DNA of 63,561 nucleotides, filler included. It is 7 parts of 7 records of this genome, joined end to end, with 100 filler letters (N's around TTAATTAATTAA, not from the genome) between each part and the next. Parts side by side here need not be neighbours in the genome. Positions count along the whole stretch, not along the records: positions 29,090 to 49,336 come from SRR20825010_1279; positions 49,437 to 63,561 come from SRR20825010_1285; 5 more parts are not named here. One strand, written 5' to 3'. A program made the position numbers and the translations under genes. Below the pieces are notes generated by a model. It was given only the letters and a program-made list of their open reading frames with translations, was not told the origin of the DNA and did not search any database. Positions 45,539-55,396 of this stretch are shown piece by piece (positions within the stretch are counted from its first letter, which is position 1; each line of letters opens with the position of its first letter).

Positions 45539-48310
45539 TTACGCACTTTGATCGAACAGCAGTCCGTTGAGAGAACGCCCTCGGCGGGTGGAAACACCAA
45601 ACATGGACTGCAGATTTGCCAAAGCGTCTTTTGTCACGTTGTAAGCATCCAGCGCATCCGTGTTTTCGCTGTCGTACTTTCCACCCGATGCCAGTTGAAA
45701 CAGATCCGCCAGCGCGGTCTGGGTTGCTTCCAGCGTTGTGCCAGTCAACGCCTCCATTTTAGAACCGCGATAGGACTCCGATGCGGACCCATTGGCGTTG
45801 ATCGTGAAGTTGTCAAAACTGCCACGAAAACCTTCGGCGAGTTGGAAACCGATCCGCACGCCATCCTGCTCGAATTCGTATCGTCCGTCGACCTTGGTCA
45901 CTTCTTGCCCGTTGATCTCAAATTGTTCACGAGTCGCTGATGACCGGTAGGTGCTGGGAGTACCAGTGCGACGTTGCACAGTGACCTCAGAATCGATTTC
46001 AAATGTGTCCAGGGCTCCTACAAACCCGTCAACAAACTCCAAGTCGATCGAACTCTCGCCGAGCGACACCTCGAACGTGTTGGAGGATGAAGTGTAGGTT
46101 TGGCCGTTGATGGTTGCTTGACCATCTTGCCCATAGGCGTTGCCGTTTCCATCCCCACCCGTGATAGAAAAATCATCTTCATCAGATCGCAACGTGATGG
46201 GATCAATCGCTCCCAGAAATCCAGTTTCGATATCAAATGCCATCACAGCGGAATCGATGGTGACACTAAACTCATCACCATCCGCGACGAATGATTGACC
46301 ATTGATAGTGGCCTCTGCATCCACACCGTAAGCCGTACCGGTTTCATCACCTCCGGTCAGGTCAAAGTTTCCGTCTGAGGTGGTCACTTCGATCGAGTCA
46401 AACGTCCCCGTGAACCCGGACTGCACGTCAAAAGAATACGAACCGAGCGCATCGACGTAGTCCACATGGTTTCCATCGGCAACAACGGTTTCACCATTGA
46501 TGGTCAATTGGGCATCCGTGCCAGCGGCGTTTCCGTTTCCATCCCCGCCATTTGTGTTGAAGGAACCCGACACTACGTCCACCTCGACGATGCCATCCGA
46601 GCCCTCACCTTGGCTTTCCAATGTCAGCCGACTGCCGGACAGCGTCGCCACCACTCCCGTGTCACCCGTTCGATCGTTGATGTCATCTCGAAGAGAACTG
46701 AGCGACTGAAAAGCGGAAACATCGATTTCAGCCGTGCCCAGTTCGCCTGTCAGATTGAACGTCGCGCTACCACTGACCGCACCTAAGAAGCCATCATAAG
46801 TCAGCTGGCCTTTGGTTGCCGTTTGGTCGACGGTTCCGCTAAGAATGTTGGTCGAACGAGGCTCCGATGAGTTCACCGTGAACCCTTGAATCTGACCCGC
46901 GTTGACACCTTCGACATCGACATACTGAGTGATGTCATCCAACGTCACCTGAATGCTTTCCGACGATCCAACCGTTTGACCGCTGAACTGAAGCATGTCG
47001 CCATCGACCGTGGCGACCACTCCCGTGGACTCTGTTTCCGCATTGATTCGATCACGGACATCGCTCAGCGATTCACCTTGCGCGATCGCAATTTGCTCAC
47101 TGCCCAGGTTGCCCGAAAGAGTGAACAAGGCGGTGTCGGCGACGTTGCCCCCGCTGCCTTGGTATTGCAACTTCGCAGTGTCTGCGGCGGTAGTGACGGT
47201 CCCGGACAGTTCGACCACGGCTCCATCCGCGATGCTTTGCAAATCGAATCGTGGGATCTGCGCCGCATTCACGCCCTCAACCGTTGGACGAAACTGTCGC
47301 ACGACGTTGGACAATCGCACTTCCGCATCATCACCTCGCATTTGAGATACAAGTCGAAGCTCATTCCCATTGACTTCTGCCTTGACACCGGTGAATGCCG
47401 AAACGTTGTTGATTTTCTCTGCGAATGAAAGCAACGATTCACCACGAGTGGTTTCCACATTCGCGGTGCCGAGATCTCCGCTCAGATCAAAGTTCGCTGA
47501 TCCCGTGACCAACCCACTGGCATTGCCTTGATAAGTCAGTCGAGCAACGGCAGCCACGGAATCAACTTGTCCCTGTACTGTTTCGGACACGCCTTCGGGC
47601 AATCGGCTTAGATCAACACGATCGATCTGTGACGCATTGACTCCGAACAATTGATTGTCGCCGTAGTTTCGTCCTACTCGAACGGGTCGCACGGTCGCCT
47701 CCAGCGATTGAGAACTCCGCGACGTCAAACGCAGTTTCCCATCCAGTTCGATCGCCTTGACGCCAACATTCTTCGAATTGATTTGCTGAGCCATGCCAGC
47801 GATAGAACGTCCCGGTTGAAACTGAATTCGTCGCTCTGAACCGCCGATCTTCAGGTCGAGCGAACCGCCGCCTTGCAAACGCGCCGCATCGGTGATCAAA
47901 ACTTTCGCATTGCCCGCTTGTTGAGTGATCCCACCAGAAAAGCGTGCCGATCCATTGGGCGGCAACGACAAGATCTCCAGGTCTTTGATCTGACTGGAAT
48001 CGAGGCCACGCACAACGGAATTCCCGGATCCGCCCAACGTCAATGATTGTCCCAAGAGCTCACTGATCTCAGTCAGTGCTGTGTCGATGCTGCCCTGCAG
48101 ATTTGTGAAAGAACTACCGGCACGAGCGGCATCCAAAAGCTTTTCACCGATGCCAGCAACCAGTGAGTTGATCCGGTCGGACGTGGTGTCCACGCGACGC
48201 AGAAGTGTTTCGGGTTCGGACTGACTGGACGCACGGGCGCTCAGTTGAAAGTTCTCGACGAGGAGAGACCGACTTGCGAAACTCGTTGATGTGCTGGAGC
48301 TGATTGTCAT
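45539..48310 (-). CDS. Flagellin-related repeat protein (hook-IN-like repeats), lacking canonical D0 termini
   Basis: D1-like segments (LQGSIDTALTEI; LFQLASGG...ALANL), four G(V/L)(N/D)xxQI...IN...GVxA repeats and four (T/E)ING...GFxG repeats. Confidence 0.65.
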   Translation of the reverse strand: MTISSSTSTSFASRSLLVENFQLSARASSQSEPETLLRRVDTTSDRINSLVAGIGEKLLDAARAGSSFTNLQGSIDTALTEISELLGQSLTLGGSGNSVVRGLDSSQIKDLEILSLPPNGSARFSGGITQQAGNAKVLITDAARLQGGGSLDLKIGGSERRIQFQPGRSIAGMAQQINSKNVGVKAIELDGKLRLTSRSSQSLEATVRPVRVGRNYGDNQLFGVNASQIDRVDLSRLPEGVSETVQGQVDSVAAVARLTYQGNASGLVTGSANFDLSGDLGTANVETTRGESLLSFAEKINNVSAFTGVKAEVNGNELRLVSQMRGDDAEVRLSNVVRQFRPTVEGVNAAQIPRFDLQSIADGAVVELSGTVTTAADTAKLQYQGSGGNVADTALFTLSGNLGSEQIAIAQGESLSDVRDRINAETESTGVVATVDGDMLQFSGQTVGSSESIQVTLDDITQYVDVEGVNAGQIQGFTVNSSEPRSTNILSGTVDQTATKGQLTYDGFLGAVSGSATFNLTGELGTAEIDVSAFQSLSSLRDDINDRTGDTGVVATLSGSRLTLESQGEGSDGIVEVDVVSGSFNTNGGDGNGNAAGTDAQLTINGETVVADGNHVDYVDALGSYSFDVQSGFTGTFDSIEVTTSDGNFDLTGGDETGTAYGVDAEATINGQSFVADGDEFSVTIDSAVMAFDIETGFLGAIDPITLRSDEDDFSITGGDGNGNAYGQDGQATINGQTYTSSSNTFEVSLGESSIDLEFVDGFVGALDTFEIDSEVTVQRRTGTPSTYRSSATREQFEINGQEVTKVDGRYEFEQDGVRIGFQLAEGFRGSFDNFTINANGSASESYRGSKMEALTGTTLEATQTALADLFQLASGGKYDSENTDALDAYNVTKDALANLQSMFGVSTRRGRSLNGLLFDQSA

Positions 48311-48653
48311 CGTAGGGGTACTTGGATTGGAACAGCAAACTGCCCACGTCTCCTAAGAAGGAACCCCCCGGCTCCAAAACTGGCTTCTCATGAGCCAGCA
48401 CCTGAACTCTAGGTCAAGAATGGACCTGAAGCCGCAAAAAGATGCGAAATTTTCCACCACCTCTGATCAACCGACGCAATCCTGTCACGGCATTCGCTGC
48501 CGTTTTGGAGACAATGCCCTGTTTTGGTCATCCTGACCAGCCTGTTGGGGCGGTGCTCCGCGACAGGTTAAAGTACCGACCTCCCACGTCGTCGTGGCTC
48601 AGACGAACGGTTGCCACACGACCAGCCCCACCACCAAACCACAAGATTTCGTC

Positions 48654-49220
48654 ATGGAAAAAGTGCTGATCGTCATCGGCGATGCCACCGAGTTGTTGGA
48701 CACGATGTATCCGTATTACCGGCTGCAAGAAGCCGGATTCCAACCGGTGGTGACCGCTCCTGAAAAGCGTCTCTACCAACTGGTCCTGCACGAGATCAAA
48801 CCGGGCTGGACGATCACCAAAGAATGGGAAGGCTACACGCTGGATTGCGACGTTCCCTTTTCTGAGGTGAAGGAAGACGACTACGCGGGCATCTTCTTTT
48901 CAGGCGGCCGAGCACCCGAGTACATCCGCTACGACGAAGACTTGGTGCGGATCACGCAACACTTCTTTGACACCAACAAACCCATCGCCAGCGTTTGCCA
49001 CGGCGTTGAGATCCCCGCCTACGCCGATCGAGTTCGCGGACGCCGAATGGCGACCGTTGCGAAGTGCCAGTTTGACTTAGAAGTTTGCGGCGGGATCTTC
49101 GTCGATGAACCATGCGTCATTGACGGCAACCTCGTCAGCGGACGCACCTACCGCGACAACGGTTTCTACATCGCCCCATGGATCCAACAACTCGAAGCCG
49201 CTCGCGATTCCAAAAGCTAA
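48654..49220 (+). CDS. DJ-1/PfpI family protein
   Basis: Motifs GDATE, GGRAPEYIR, KPIASVCHG and DGNLVSGR. Confidence 0.92.
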   Translation: MEKVLIVIGDATELLDTMYPYYRLQEAGFQPVVTAPEKRLYQLVLHEIKPGWTITKEWEGYTLDCDVPFSEVKEDDYAGIFFSGGRAPEYIRYDEDLVRITQHFFDTNKPIASVCHGVEIPAYADRVRGRRMATVAKCQFDLEVCGGIFVDEPCVIDGNLVSGRTYRDNGFYIAPWIQQLEAARDSKS

Positions 49221-49253
49221 GCAGGTAGGCAAGGATCATCTGACACAAGAATG

Positions 49254-49335
49254 TGAGCCGCTTGGGCGTTCGCCCCGGTTGCACGTTTTGAAGTTGCGCC
49301 TTTTTTGTTGAATGGCCAACGGCCTTCTTCAACAT
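49254..49335. repeat. Planctomycete intergenic repeat remnants at contig end
   Basis: TGAGCCGCTTGGGCGTTCGCCCCGGTTG resembles 40072-40098, followed by a TGTTGAA...TTCAACA hairpin. Confidence 0.5.
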
Positions 49336-49336
49336 A

Positions 49337-49436
49337 NNNNNNNNNNNNNNNNNNNNNNNNNNNNNNNNNNNNNNNNNNNNTTAATTAATTAANNNNNNNN
49401 NNNNNNNNNNNNNNNNNNNNNNNNNNNNNNNNNNNN
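49337..49436. other. Artificial contig linker
   Basis: N44-TTAATTAATTAA-N44. Confidence 0.98.
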
Positions 49437-49500
49437 CATCCATGTGACGCTTGGGCTCCGCCATCCCTGGCTCCGCACAGTTTTGGAAAGTAAGCCCCTT
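49437..49500. repeat. Partial Marinobacter-type intergenic repeat at contig start
   Basis: CATCCATGTGACGCTTGGGCTCCGCCATCCCTGGCTCCGCACAGTTTTGGAA resembles a multicopy Marinobacter palindromic repeat as recalled. Position at a contig edge fits a repeat. Confidence 0.5.
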
Positions 49501-49526
49501 CTCTTCTATATCAGCCTCGCAGTCGC

Positions 49527-50525
49527 CTACTTGGAGTGATCCAGAACGATTTTCCCTGATGACTCCCCTTTCAGAAACGCCCTCAAGGCTCCATCGAGTT
49601 CACCACGCCCGATCTCGCGGGCAGACGCTTCTGTTTTCCTGCACGCCCAGTCACCGGCAAATTTGTCCCAGACTGACTGTTTGTCCGACAGCGGAATTTC
49701 AACCGAATCCACGCCCAGCAGGTTGTTGCCCCGCAGGATAAACGGCAGAACGGTGGTTTCCAGTTGTGGCCCGGCGACCAGGCCACAGCAGGAGACGGAA
49801 CCGCCTGGGTGGATCTGCTTCAGCAATTCCGCCAGTGGGCCACCGCCAACGGTATCCACGGCGTTGGCATAGGCCGGTTTCAGCATTGGCTTCTTTTCGG
49901 CTGCCAGAGCTTCGCGCCCCAGCACTTCCGTGGCACCAAGGTTTTTGAGTGCATCGGCATGGTCTTGTTTGCCACTGATAGCCACGACTTCGAAGCCGAG
50001 GCTTGCGAGCAGCTCAACCGTTACGCTACCGACAGCGCCACTGGCACCACTGACGGCGACTTTGCCCTGCTCTGGCCTGGCACCCATGGTCAATAGCTTT
50101 TGTACACACAGACCCGCCGTTAGGCCGGCCGTGCCGTATATCATGGCGGTGCGGGCGCTCCAGCCCTTGGGCATCGCCACACACCACTCGGCCGGTACCC
50201 GGATGTATTCGCCGAAGCCGCCGTCGGTGTTCATGCCCAGGTCGTAGCCGGTTACCAGTACCTGGTCGCCGGCTGAAAAGGAGCCAGAGGAGGCTTCTAC
50301 CACTTCCCCGGCAGCATCGATGCCAGGAGTGTGGGGGAAGTTACGTGTAACACCCTTGTTGCCGGAGGCCGACAAGGCATCCTTGTAGTTCAGGGACGAA
50401 TGACTGACTTTGATCAGGACGTCGTTTTCGGGCAGATCGGATACGTGCAGCGTCTGCTCAGAGCCCTCGTATTCGCCGTCCTGCTCCTGAACGCGCCATG
50501 CCTTGAATTCGGTGTCGTTTGTCAT
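49527..50525 (-). CDS. acuI: YhdH/YhfP (AcuI-like) quinone oxidoreductase / acryloyl-CoA reductase
   Basis: Motifs SSLNYKDAL, PGIDAAG, GTAGLTA, GASGAVGS and PFILRGNNLLGVDS. Confidence 0.85.
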   Translation of the reverse strand: MTNDTEFKAWRVQEQDGEYEGSEQTLHVSDLPENDVLIKVSHSSLNYKDALSASGNKGVTRNFPHTPGIDAAGEVVEASSGSFSAGDQVLVTGYDLGMNTDGGFGEYIRVPAEWCVAMPKGWSARTAMIYGTAGLTAGLCVQKLLTMGARPEQGKVAVSGASGAVGSVTVELLASLGFEVVAISGKQDHADALKNLGATEVLGREALAAEKKPMLKPAYANAVDTVGGGPLAELLKQIHPGGSVSCCGLVAGPQLETTVLPFILRGNNLLGVDSVEIPLSDKQSVWDKFAGDWACRKTEASAREIGRGELDGALRAFLKGESSGKIVLDHSK

Positions 50526-50549
50526 GACTCTGTTCCCGTTACTGTAGGT

Positions 50550-51614
50550 TTACTGGATTTTCTGGTTGCGGAATGCGCCCAGTACCCGCCATACGGTGTG
50601 TTCAAGTGCCGCGCTGGTGGCCAGGCCAAGCTTTTCCGGCAACGTGCGTTTGCGCTGGAAACCTACCGAGATTACGTCTGCACTGTCACAGGCCTCAATG
50701 AGATATTCGTCGGAGGTCTTGATCTCGTCCACCAGTTTGACCTCCAGCGCGCGGCGACCAAACCAGATATCGCCGTTTGCAACGGCGGCAATATCCAGTT
50801 CCGGACGGCGTTCACCCACGTACTCTTTGAACAACACGTGGGTATCCTCAAGGTCTTCAAGGAATTTGGTTCTGCCTTTATCCGTGTTCTCGCCGAATAC
50901 GGTCATGGTGCGCTTGTGCTCACCAGCGGTCAGAATTTCGAAGTCGACGTCGTTTTTCTTGAGGAAACGATGGAAGTTGGGTAACTGGGCAACAACACCA
51001 ATGGACCCGAGAATCGCAAATGGCGACGCAACAATCCGGTCAGCCACGCACGCCATCATGTAACCGCCGCTGGCAGCGACCTTATCCACACAGGCCGTAA
51101 GCCGAATACCCTTGGCGCGAATACGGTCTAACTGCGCAGCGGCGAGTCCGTAAGAGTGAACCAGGCCGCCACCGCTTTCGAGACGTATCACCACTTCATC
51201 GGTTTCGGGCTCCGCAACGCTGAGCACCGCTGTGATCGAGCGGCGCAAAGAGTCCGTATCGCTGGCTTTGATATCGCCGTCAAAGTCCAGCACGTACACC
51301 TTGGGACGGGGTTTTTCCTCAGCATCACCGGATTTGCGCTTGGCCTTCTCGGCTTTCTGTTTGGCCTTGTCTTCTTTTTTACGGGCTTTTTCAAAAGCCT
51401 TGCGCTCTGAATCGCTGCGCAGTTTGGCCTGAAGTGACTCCCTCAGCTTGCGGTATTTCTCGTTGAGTTTGCGAACCCGCAGCTCACCGTCACTCCCCTG
51501 ATCGTCCTTGTCTTTATGGGCAGCGGATAAAACCACTGAGACAATGACCAGAAGCGCCACCACGAGGGTGACCGTTTTCGCAATAAACAAACCGAACTCT
51601 GTCAGAAATTCCAA
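50550..51614 (-). CDS. sohB: Protease SohB (S49)
   Basis: Motifs VLDFDGDIKAS, LESGGG, VDKVAASGGYMMAC, GSIGVVAQLPNF and TAGEHKRT. Confidence 0.95.
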   Translation of the reverse strand: MEFLTEFGLFIAKTVTLVVALLVIVSVVLSAAHKDKDDQGSDGELRVRKLNEKYRKLRESLQAKLRSDSERKAFEKARKKEDKAKQKAEKAKRKSGDAEEKPRPKVYVLDFDGDIKASDTDSLRRSITAVLSVAEPETDEVVIRLESGGGLVHSYGLAAAQLDRIRAKGIRLTACVDKVAASGGYMMACVADRIVASPFAILGSIGVVAQLPNFHRFLKKNDVDFEILTAGEHKRTMTVFGENTDKGRTKFLEDLEDTHVLFKEYVGERRPELDIAAVANGDIWFGRRALEVKLVDEIKTSDEYLIEACDSADVISVGFQRKRTLPEKLGLATSAALEHTVWRVLGAFRNQKIQ

Positions 51615-51695
51615 GTTGCTTCTCCAGGATTATTCTTGAGCGCTCGATTGTAACCGAGGTGCCCTGAGGTACAAGCCGTAGAACCAATAACAAAT

Positions 51696-51746
51696 TAAAA
51701 CAAGCGTTCGATCGAGCTTGACACCAGTAATGTCTAACCCTAAAGT
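51696..51746 (+). promoter_or_regulatory. Sigma70 promoter with adjacent PsrA-like operator upstream of SCP2
   Basis: TTGACA(51718)-N17-TAAAGT. AAAACAAGCGTTCGA resembles the PsrA site CAAAC-N4-GTTTG. Confidence 0.55.
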
Positions 51747-51845
51747 CGAATGGCTACGTCGGCTCACCCGGGCTTCCATGCAGGCGAAAGGCCAGGAACC
51801 AGAAGCCGTCAATACGCCACGACAACCATCAATAAGGGTAAAATA

Positions 51846-52160
51846 ATGTCTGTAGCTCAGATATTCGAGAAACTCGAACAAAATTTTAACGCGGACGCAG
51901 CTGAAGGCCTGGATCTGGTATTCCAGTTCGACATCGAGGACGACAAGACCTATCACCTGGTTATCAAGGATGGCACCTGCAAGATGGCTGAAGGCGCCCA
52001 TGACGATCCTTCCGTCACCCTGATCATGAACTCCGAAACCCTGCAGGGCATCGTTTCCGGCGAAACCGATGGCATGCAAGCCTTTATGGCCGGTCAGCTG
52101 CGCGCTGAAGGCGACATGATGCTGGCAACCAAGCTGGGCGAGCTGTTCAACATGGGCTGA
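51846..52160 (+). CDS. SCP2 sterol-binding domain protein
   Basis: Motifs FNADAAEGLDLVFQFDI and GETDGMQAFMAGQLRAEGDMMLA. Confidence 0.92.
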   Translation: MSVAQIFEKLEQNFNADAAEGLDLVFQFDIEDDKTYHLVIKDGTCKMAEGAHDDPSVTLIMNSETLQGIVSGETDGMQAFMAGQLRAEGDMMLATKLGELFNMG

Positions 52161-52185
52161 TCGATAGGCTGATCGCTCTTTGAAC

Positions 52186-52224
52186 GCCAAAAAAAACCTG
52201 CCCAAACGGCAGGTTTTTTTTGGC
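52186..52224. terminator. Bidirectional intrinsic terminator
   Basis: A8-CCTGCC-CAAAC-GGCAGG-T8 between convergent SCP2 and fimL. Confidence 0.85.
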
Positions 52225-52244
52225 CATTGAATAACGCAACAGGG

Positions 52245-53951
52245 CTAAAGCCCCACGTCCTCCAATGAGGATTCCGCCAGTTTCAACAGGTCAGCATTTC
52301 GATCTTCGCGCCTGCCTACACTCTCTATATAGTACTCAAGGGACGTTAGTGCGTCCGCCAGTGCTTCCAACACCTGAGCCTGAGGCGCTTCCCTGGCATC
52401 CAGTAATCGTTCCTGAATGGACGCCGCCACACGCTCCAACACCGAAGCCGCGCCGGGATCGTCCAGCATGTGCAGACCACCCCAGATACTGTGCAACGTA
52501 GCAGGCAGGTTGGCGAGGTGGAGCTTGTCGTAGTCGGACTCGATGAACGCCGTTATGGCACGTTTTGCGAGGGTCAGCGCACTTTTCGCTTCGTCGGCCA
52601 CCACGTAGGTGGCTTCCTGAAGGTAAAGAGATTCTTCACGGGTACGCTGCCCACCAGCAAGAGCGTCGGTTTCCGAGGTGATGCCACGAACCACGATTTG
52701 CATCACGGCGTCCTCGATACCCAATACGGAATCGGCCAGCTTGTAGAGCTCATCGTCCGCTGGCAGGCGACTCTCTTCCTCCCAGGTCCGCAACTTCACG
52801 GCCTCACCCCGGGCCATGGTTCCCAGCTGGTTGAGATCCAGCATCACCAGTGTATTGGCAAGGCGCTCAAGCGCATCTGCAATGGAGGACAACTCCGCCA
52901 GGTCCGGCTCGATGCCGCGCTCAACAATGTCCAGCTTGTCCTTTAGCTGATTCAGTTCGTCCTGCAACGCCGTCGACAACGATTTGAGAACATCGGTGCC
53001 CGGGCCATAAAGACGACGGGCGTGGGCATCAAGCATGGAGTCCGGGAATTCCGCGGGCGTCAGTCGATAAGCTGACAACACGGAGGTTACCTCGGGATTT
53101 GCCGATCCACTTCTATAGAGCAGGTACACCAGATCACGAATGAGAGAATCCGGCGCATCCTTGGCCGTGGCCACCTTGCCGACGTATACGACTTCACGGG
53201 AATATTTCTCGATACGCATGAACATGCGCTTGCGGGCTTTGCTGAACCCCATGACCCGATCAAGCATGGTATCCGCCACAATGGCAACCAGACACCACAT
53301 CTGCCCCATGGGCTGCCCCTGGCAAAGCCGAGCAAATCCACGCGCCGCCCGGCCAAACAACTTTTTACTCACCACATCGTTCTTTTCACGAAGCACACCC
53401 AACAGCGCTACCTGGAACGTCAAACGCATACGGCGGGCCAGTATCTCGTATTCCGCTTCGTTACCGTCAAACGCCTGAAGAGAAAGCCCCGAGCAGAAGT
53501 CCGGCCGTTCCTTGACGTCAACATCGAAGAAACAGGATTCCGGGTAGGGTTTTTCCTTGCGGGCTTCGCGCAGATCATTGATAACCGGCAGCAGCAGCTC
53601 CGGATGGTCCGCACGTTGCTGATGATAGTATTCAACATAACGGCGCAAAATGAACAATGCGCTGTTGAGAGTCGTCAGGAGGATATTCTTGTCATCGTTG
53701 GCGCCAACGGGAACATCATTGGCCATACTGACGGCTTCCTGGCACAACAGAGTGCCGGCACGCAGTTCGACAAGAATGAAAATACCGCGGAGCTGATTCA
53801 GAAAATCCACACAGTTCTGCAGATCCTCACCGCTTTCACGGTTTTCCTGAAAGCGTTCAAGGCTGGACTCTGCCTGTCTGATGGTCTGCTCAATCTCACT
53901 TTTGACCAGATCAAATGACTGTGATTTCGTCGCCAGAGACGATTGAACCAT
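52245..53951 (-). CDS. fimL: FimL-like protein (homolog of the ChpA N-terminal region; type IV pilus/cAMP signalling scaffold)
   Basis: N-terminus SFDLVKSEIEQTIRQAE...LNQLRG...PELLLPVINDLR...PES.FF and C-terminus LADALTSLEYY. Similar size and dnaQ-neighbourhood synteny to Pseudomonas FimL, as recalled. Confidence 0.75.
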   Translation of the reverse strand: MVQSSLATKSQSFDLVKSEIEQTIRQAESSLERFQENRESGEDLQNCVDFLNQLRGIFILVELRAGTLLCQEAVSMANDVPVGANDDKNILLTTLNSALFILRRYVEYYHQQRADHPELLLPVINDLREARKEKPYPESCFFDVDVKERPDFCSGLSLQAFDGNEAEYEILARRMRLTFQVALLGVLREKNDVVSKKLFGRAARGFARLCQGQPMGQMWCLVAIVADTMLDRVMGFSKARKRMFMRIEKYSREVVYVGKVATAKDAPDSLIRDLVYLLYRSGSANPEVTSVLSAYRLTPAEFPDSMLDAHARRLYGPGTDVLKSLSTALQDELNQLKDKLDIVERGIEPDLAELSSIADALERLANTLVMLDLNQLGTMARGEAVKLRTWEEESRLPADDELYKLADSVLGIEDAVMQIVVRGITSETDALAGGQRTREESLYLQEATYVVADEAKSALTLAKRAITAFIESDYDKLHLANLPATLHSIWGGLHMLDDPGAASVLERVAASIQERLLDAREAPQAQVLEALADALTSLEYYIESVGRREDRNADLLKLAESSLEDVGL

Positions 53952-54202
53952 AAACGCTTCCTGTAAATTATGCGGAAACTACCGCGTCCTGTTCTTGGAA
54001 TGTGATCTTTTCGGTTGTTTGAAGAATCACTTTATGAGCCAGATTTACCCTTCCCGGCTAAAATAAAAAGTTCGCGAAAACTCGCGAACTTATCATTACT
54101 TATAACACAAAACTCAAGTAGCTCAAGAAAGCAGGAATGTAACAAAACGTACAGCGCGACACACAGTTCGCACTGCCAAAAGAATATTCTGCTTAGCTCG
54201 GC

Positions 54203-54913
54203 TTATTCTTCAGCTGTAAGCTTATCCCATACAGTTGTACCGGCCTGCTTTGCCAGCAATGCCATGAATTCGTCGTGGGCGGAGCGCTCATCGTCACTGG
54301 CCCTGGGTACCGGCAATGGATTGCGATTATCCGCCAGGCGACGGATACCGCCCTCACCGCCAGCTTCGTCACCGCCAGCATCCAGGGAGAGCGCTGTCTG
54401 CCCGCCAGTCAGCAAAAGATAGACGTCAGCAAGGATTTCCGCATCCAGCAAAGCGCCGTGCAGCTCGCGATTACTGTTGTCGATCCCGTAACGCTTGCAT
54501 AAGGCGTCCAGATTATTTTTCTGGCCGGGATGCTTCTTGCGGGCAATGGCAAGGGAGTCCACCACGCCGCAATGTTCAGTCGTCCTGCGAACAGGCTTCA
54601 GACGGGCAAATTCGGAATCCATGAATCCAATATCGAACGCCGCGTTGTGAATAACCAGCTCGGCCCCTTTTATGAATTCAAAGAACTCGTCGGCTATTTC
54701 GGCGAATTTTGGTTTGTCCGCCAGGAACTCGTTGGTGATGCCATGAACCGTTATGGCTTCCGCCTCCACTTCCCGCTCCGGGTTAATGTAGACGTGATAG
54801 TGCCGACCGGTAATCTGACGCTCCATCAACTCAACGCAGCCAATTTCGATAATCCGGTGACCTTCCGTCGGGTCGATACCGGTGGTTTCCGTATCCAGTA
54901 CAATCTGTCTCAT
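54203..54913 (-). CDS. dnaQ: DNA polymerase III epsilon subunit
   Basis: Motifs VLDTETTG, HNAAFDIGF and HGALLDAEILADVYL. Confidence 0.97.
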   Translation of the reverse strand: MRQIVLDTETTGIDPTEGHRIIEIGCVELMERQITGRHYHVYINPEREVEAEAITVHGITNEFLADKPKFAEIADEFFEFIKGAELVIHNAAFDIGFMDSEFARLKPVRRTTEHCGVVDSLAIARKKHPGQKNNLDALCKRYGIDNSNRELHGALLDAEILADVYLLLTGGQTALSLDAGGDEAGGEGGIRRLADNRNPLPVPRASDDERSAHDEFMALLAKQAGTTVWDKLTAEE

Positions 54914-54949
54914 GGTTTTCCTATGGTTACCCCATTGGTTACGCCGTTG

Positions 54950-55396
54950 TTATCCGGCGCTCGCCAGTTCTTCCACACCGCGATTGGCCAGCTCGTCTGC
55001 CAGCTCGTTGTCAGGATTGCCCGAGTGCCCTTTCACCCAATGCCAATTGACCTTGTGGCGGGCCACCTCATTGTCCAGCTCCCGCCAGAGATCTTCATTC
55101 TTGACCGGCTTCTTTGCGGATGTTTTCCAACCGTTTCGCTTCCAGCCCGTCATCCATTCGGTGATGCCCTTACGGACATATTGGGAATCGGTATAAAGCT
55201 CCACGTCGCAGGCGCGCCTGAGCGCTTTCAAACCCTGTATCGCAGCCATCAACTCCATGCGATTATTGGTGGTATTCGCTTCACCACCGTGCAACATCTT
55301 GTTGGCATCGCCGTACCTCAGAACAACGCCCCAGCCTCCTGGCCCAGGGTTGCCCTTGCAGGCGCCATCGGTATAGAGAACAACCTTACCGGCCAT
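54950..55396 (-). CDS. rnhA: Ribonuclease HI
   Basis: Motifs [27 protein letters not shown] and WVKGHSG...NELAD. Confidence 0.97.
   Translation of the reverse strand: MAGKVVLYTDGACKGNPGPGGWGVVLRYGDANKMLHGGEANTTNNRMELMAAIQGLKALRRACDVELYTDSQYVRKGITEWMTGWKRNGWKTSAKKPVKNEDLWRELDNEVARHKVNWHWVKGHSGNPDNELADELANRGVEELASAG

Noticed and set aside
48311..48653. Sigma28 promoter or c-di-GMP riboswitch ahead of the flagellin-like gene
   Set aside because: No convincing TAAA-N15-GCCGATAA or GEMM core is visible.
5057..49436. Six identical TTAATTAATTAA motifs in N-runs as a biological repeat, and any cross-junction gene cluster (e.g. M23 next to murE)
   Set aside because: These are artificial six-frame-stop linkers joining unrelated contigs. 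Adjacency across them means nothing.
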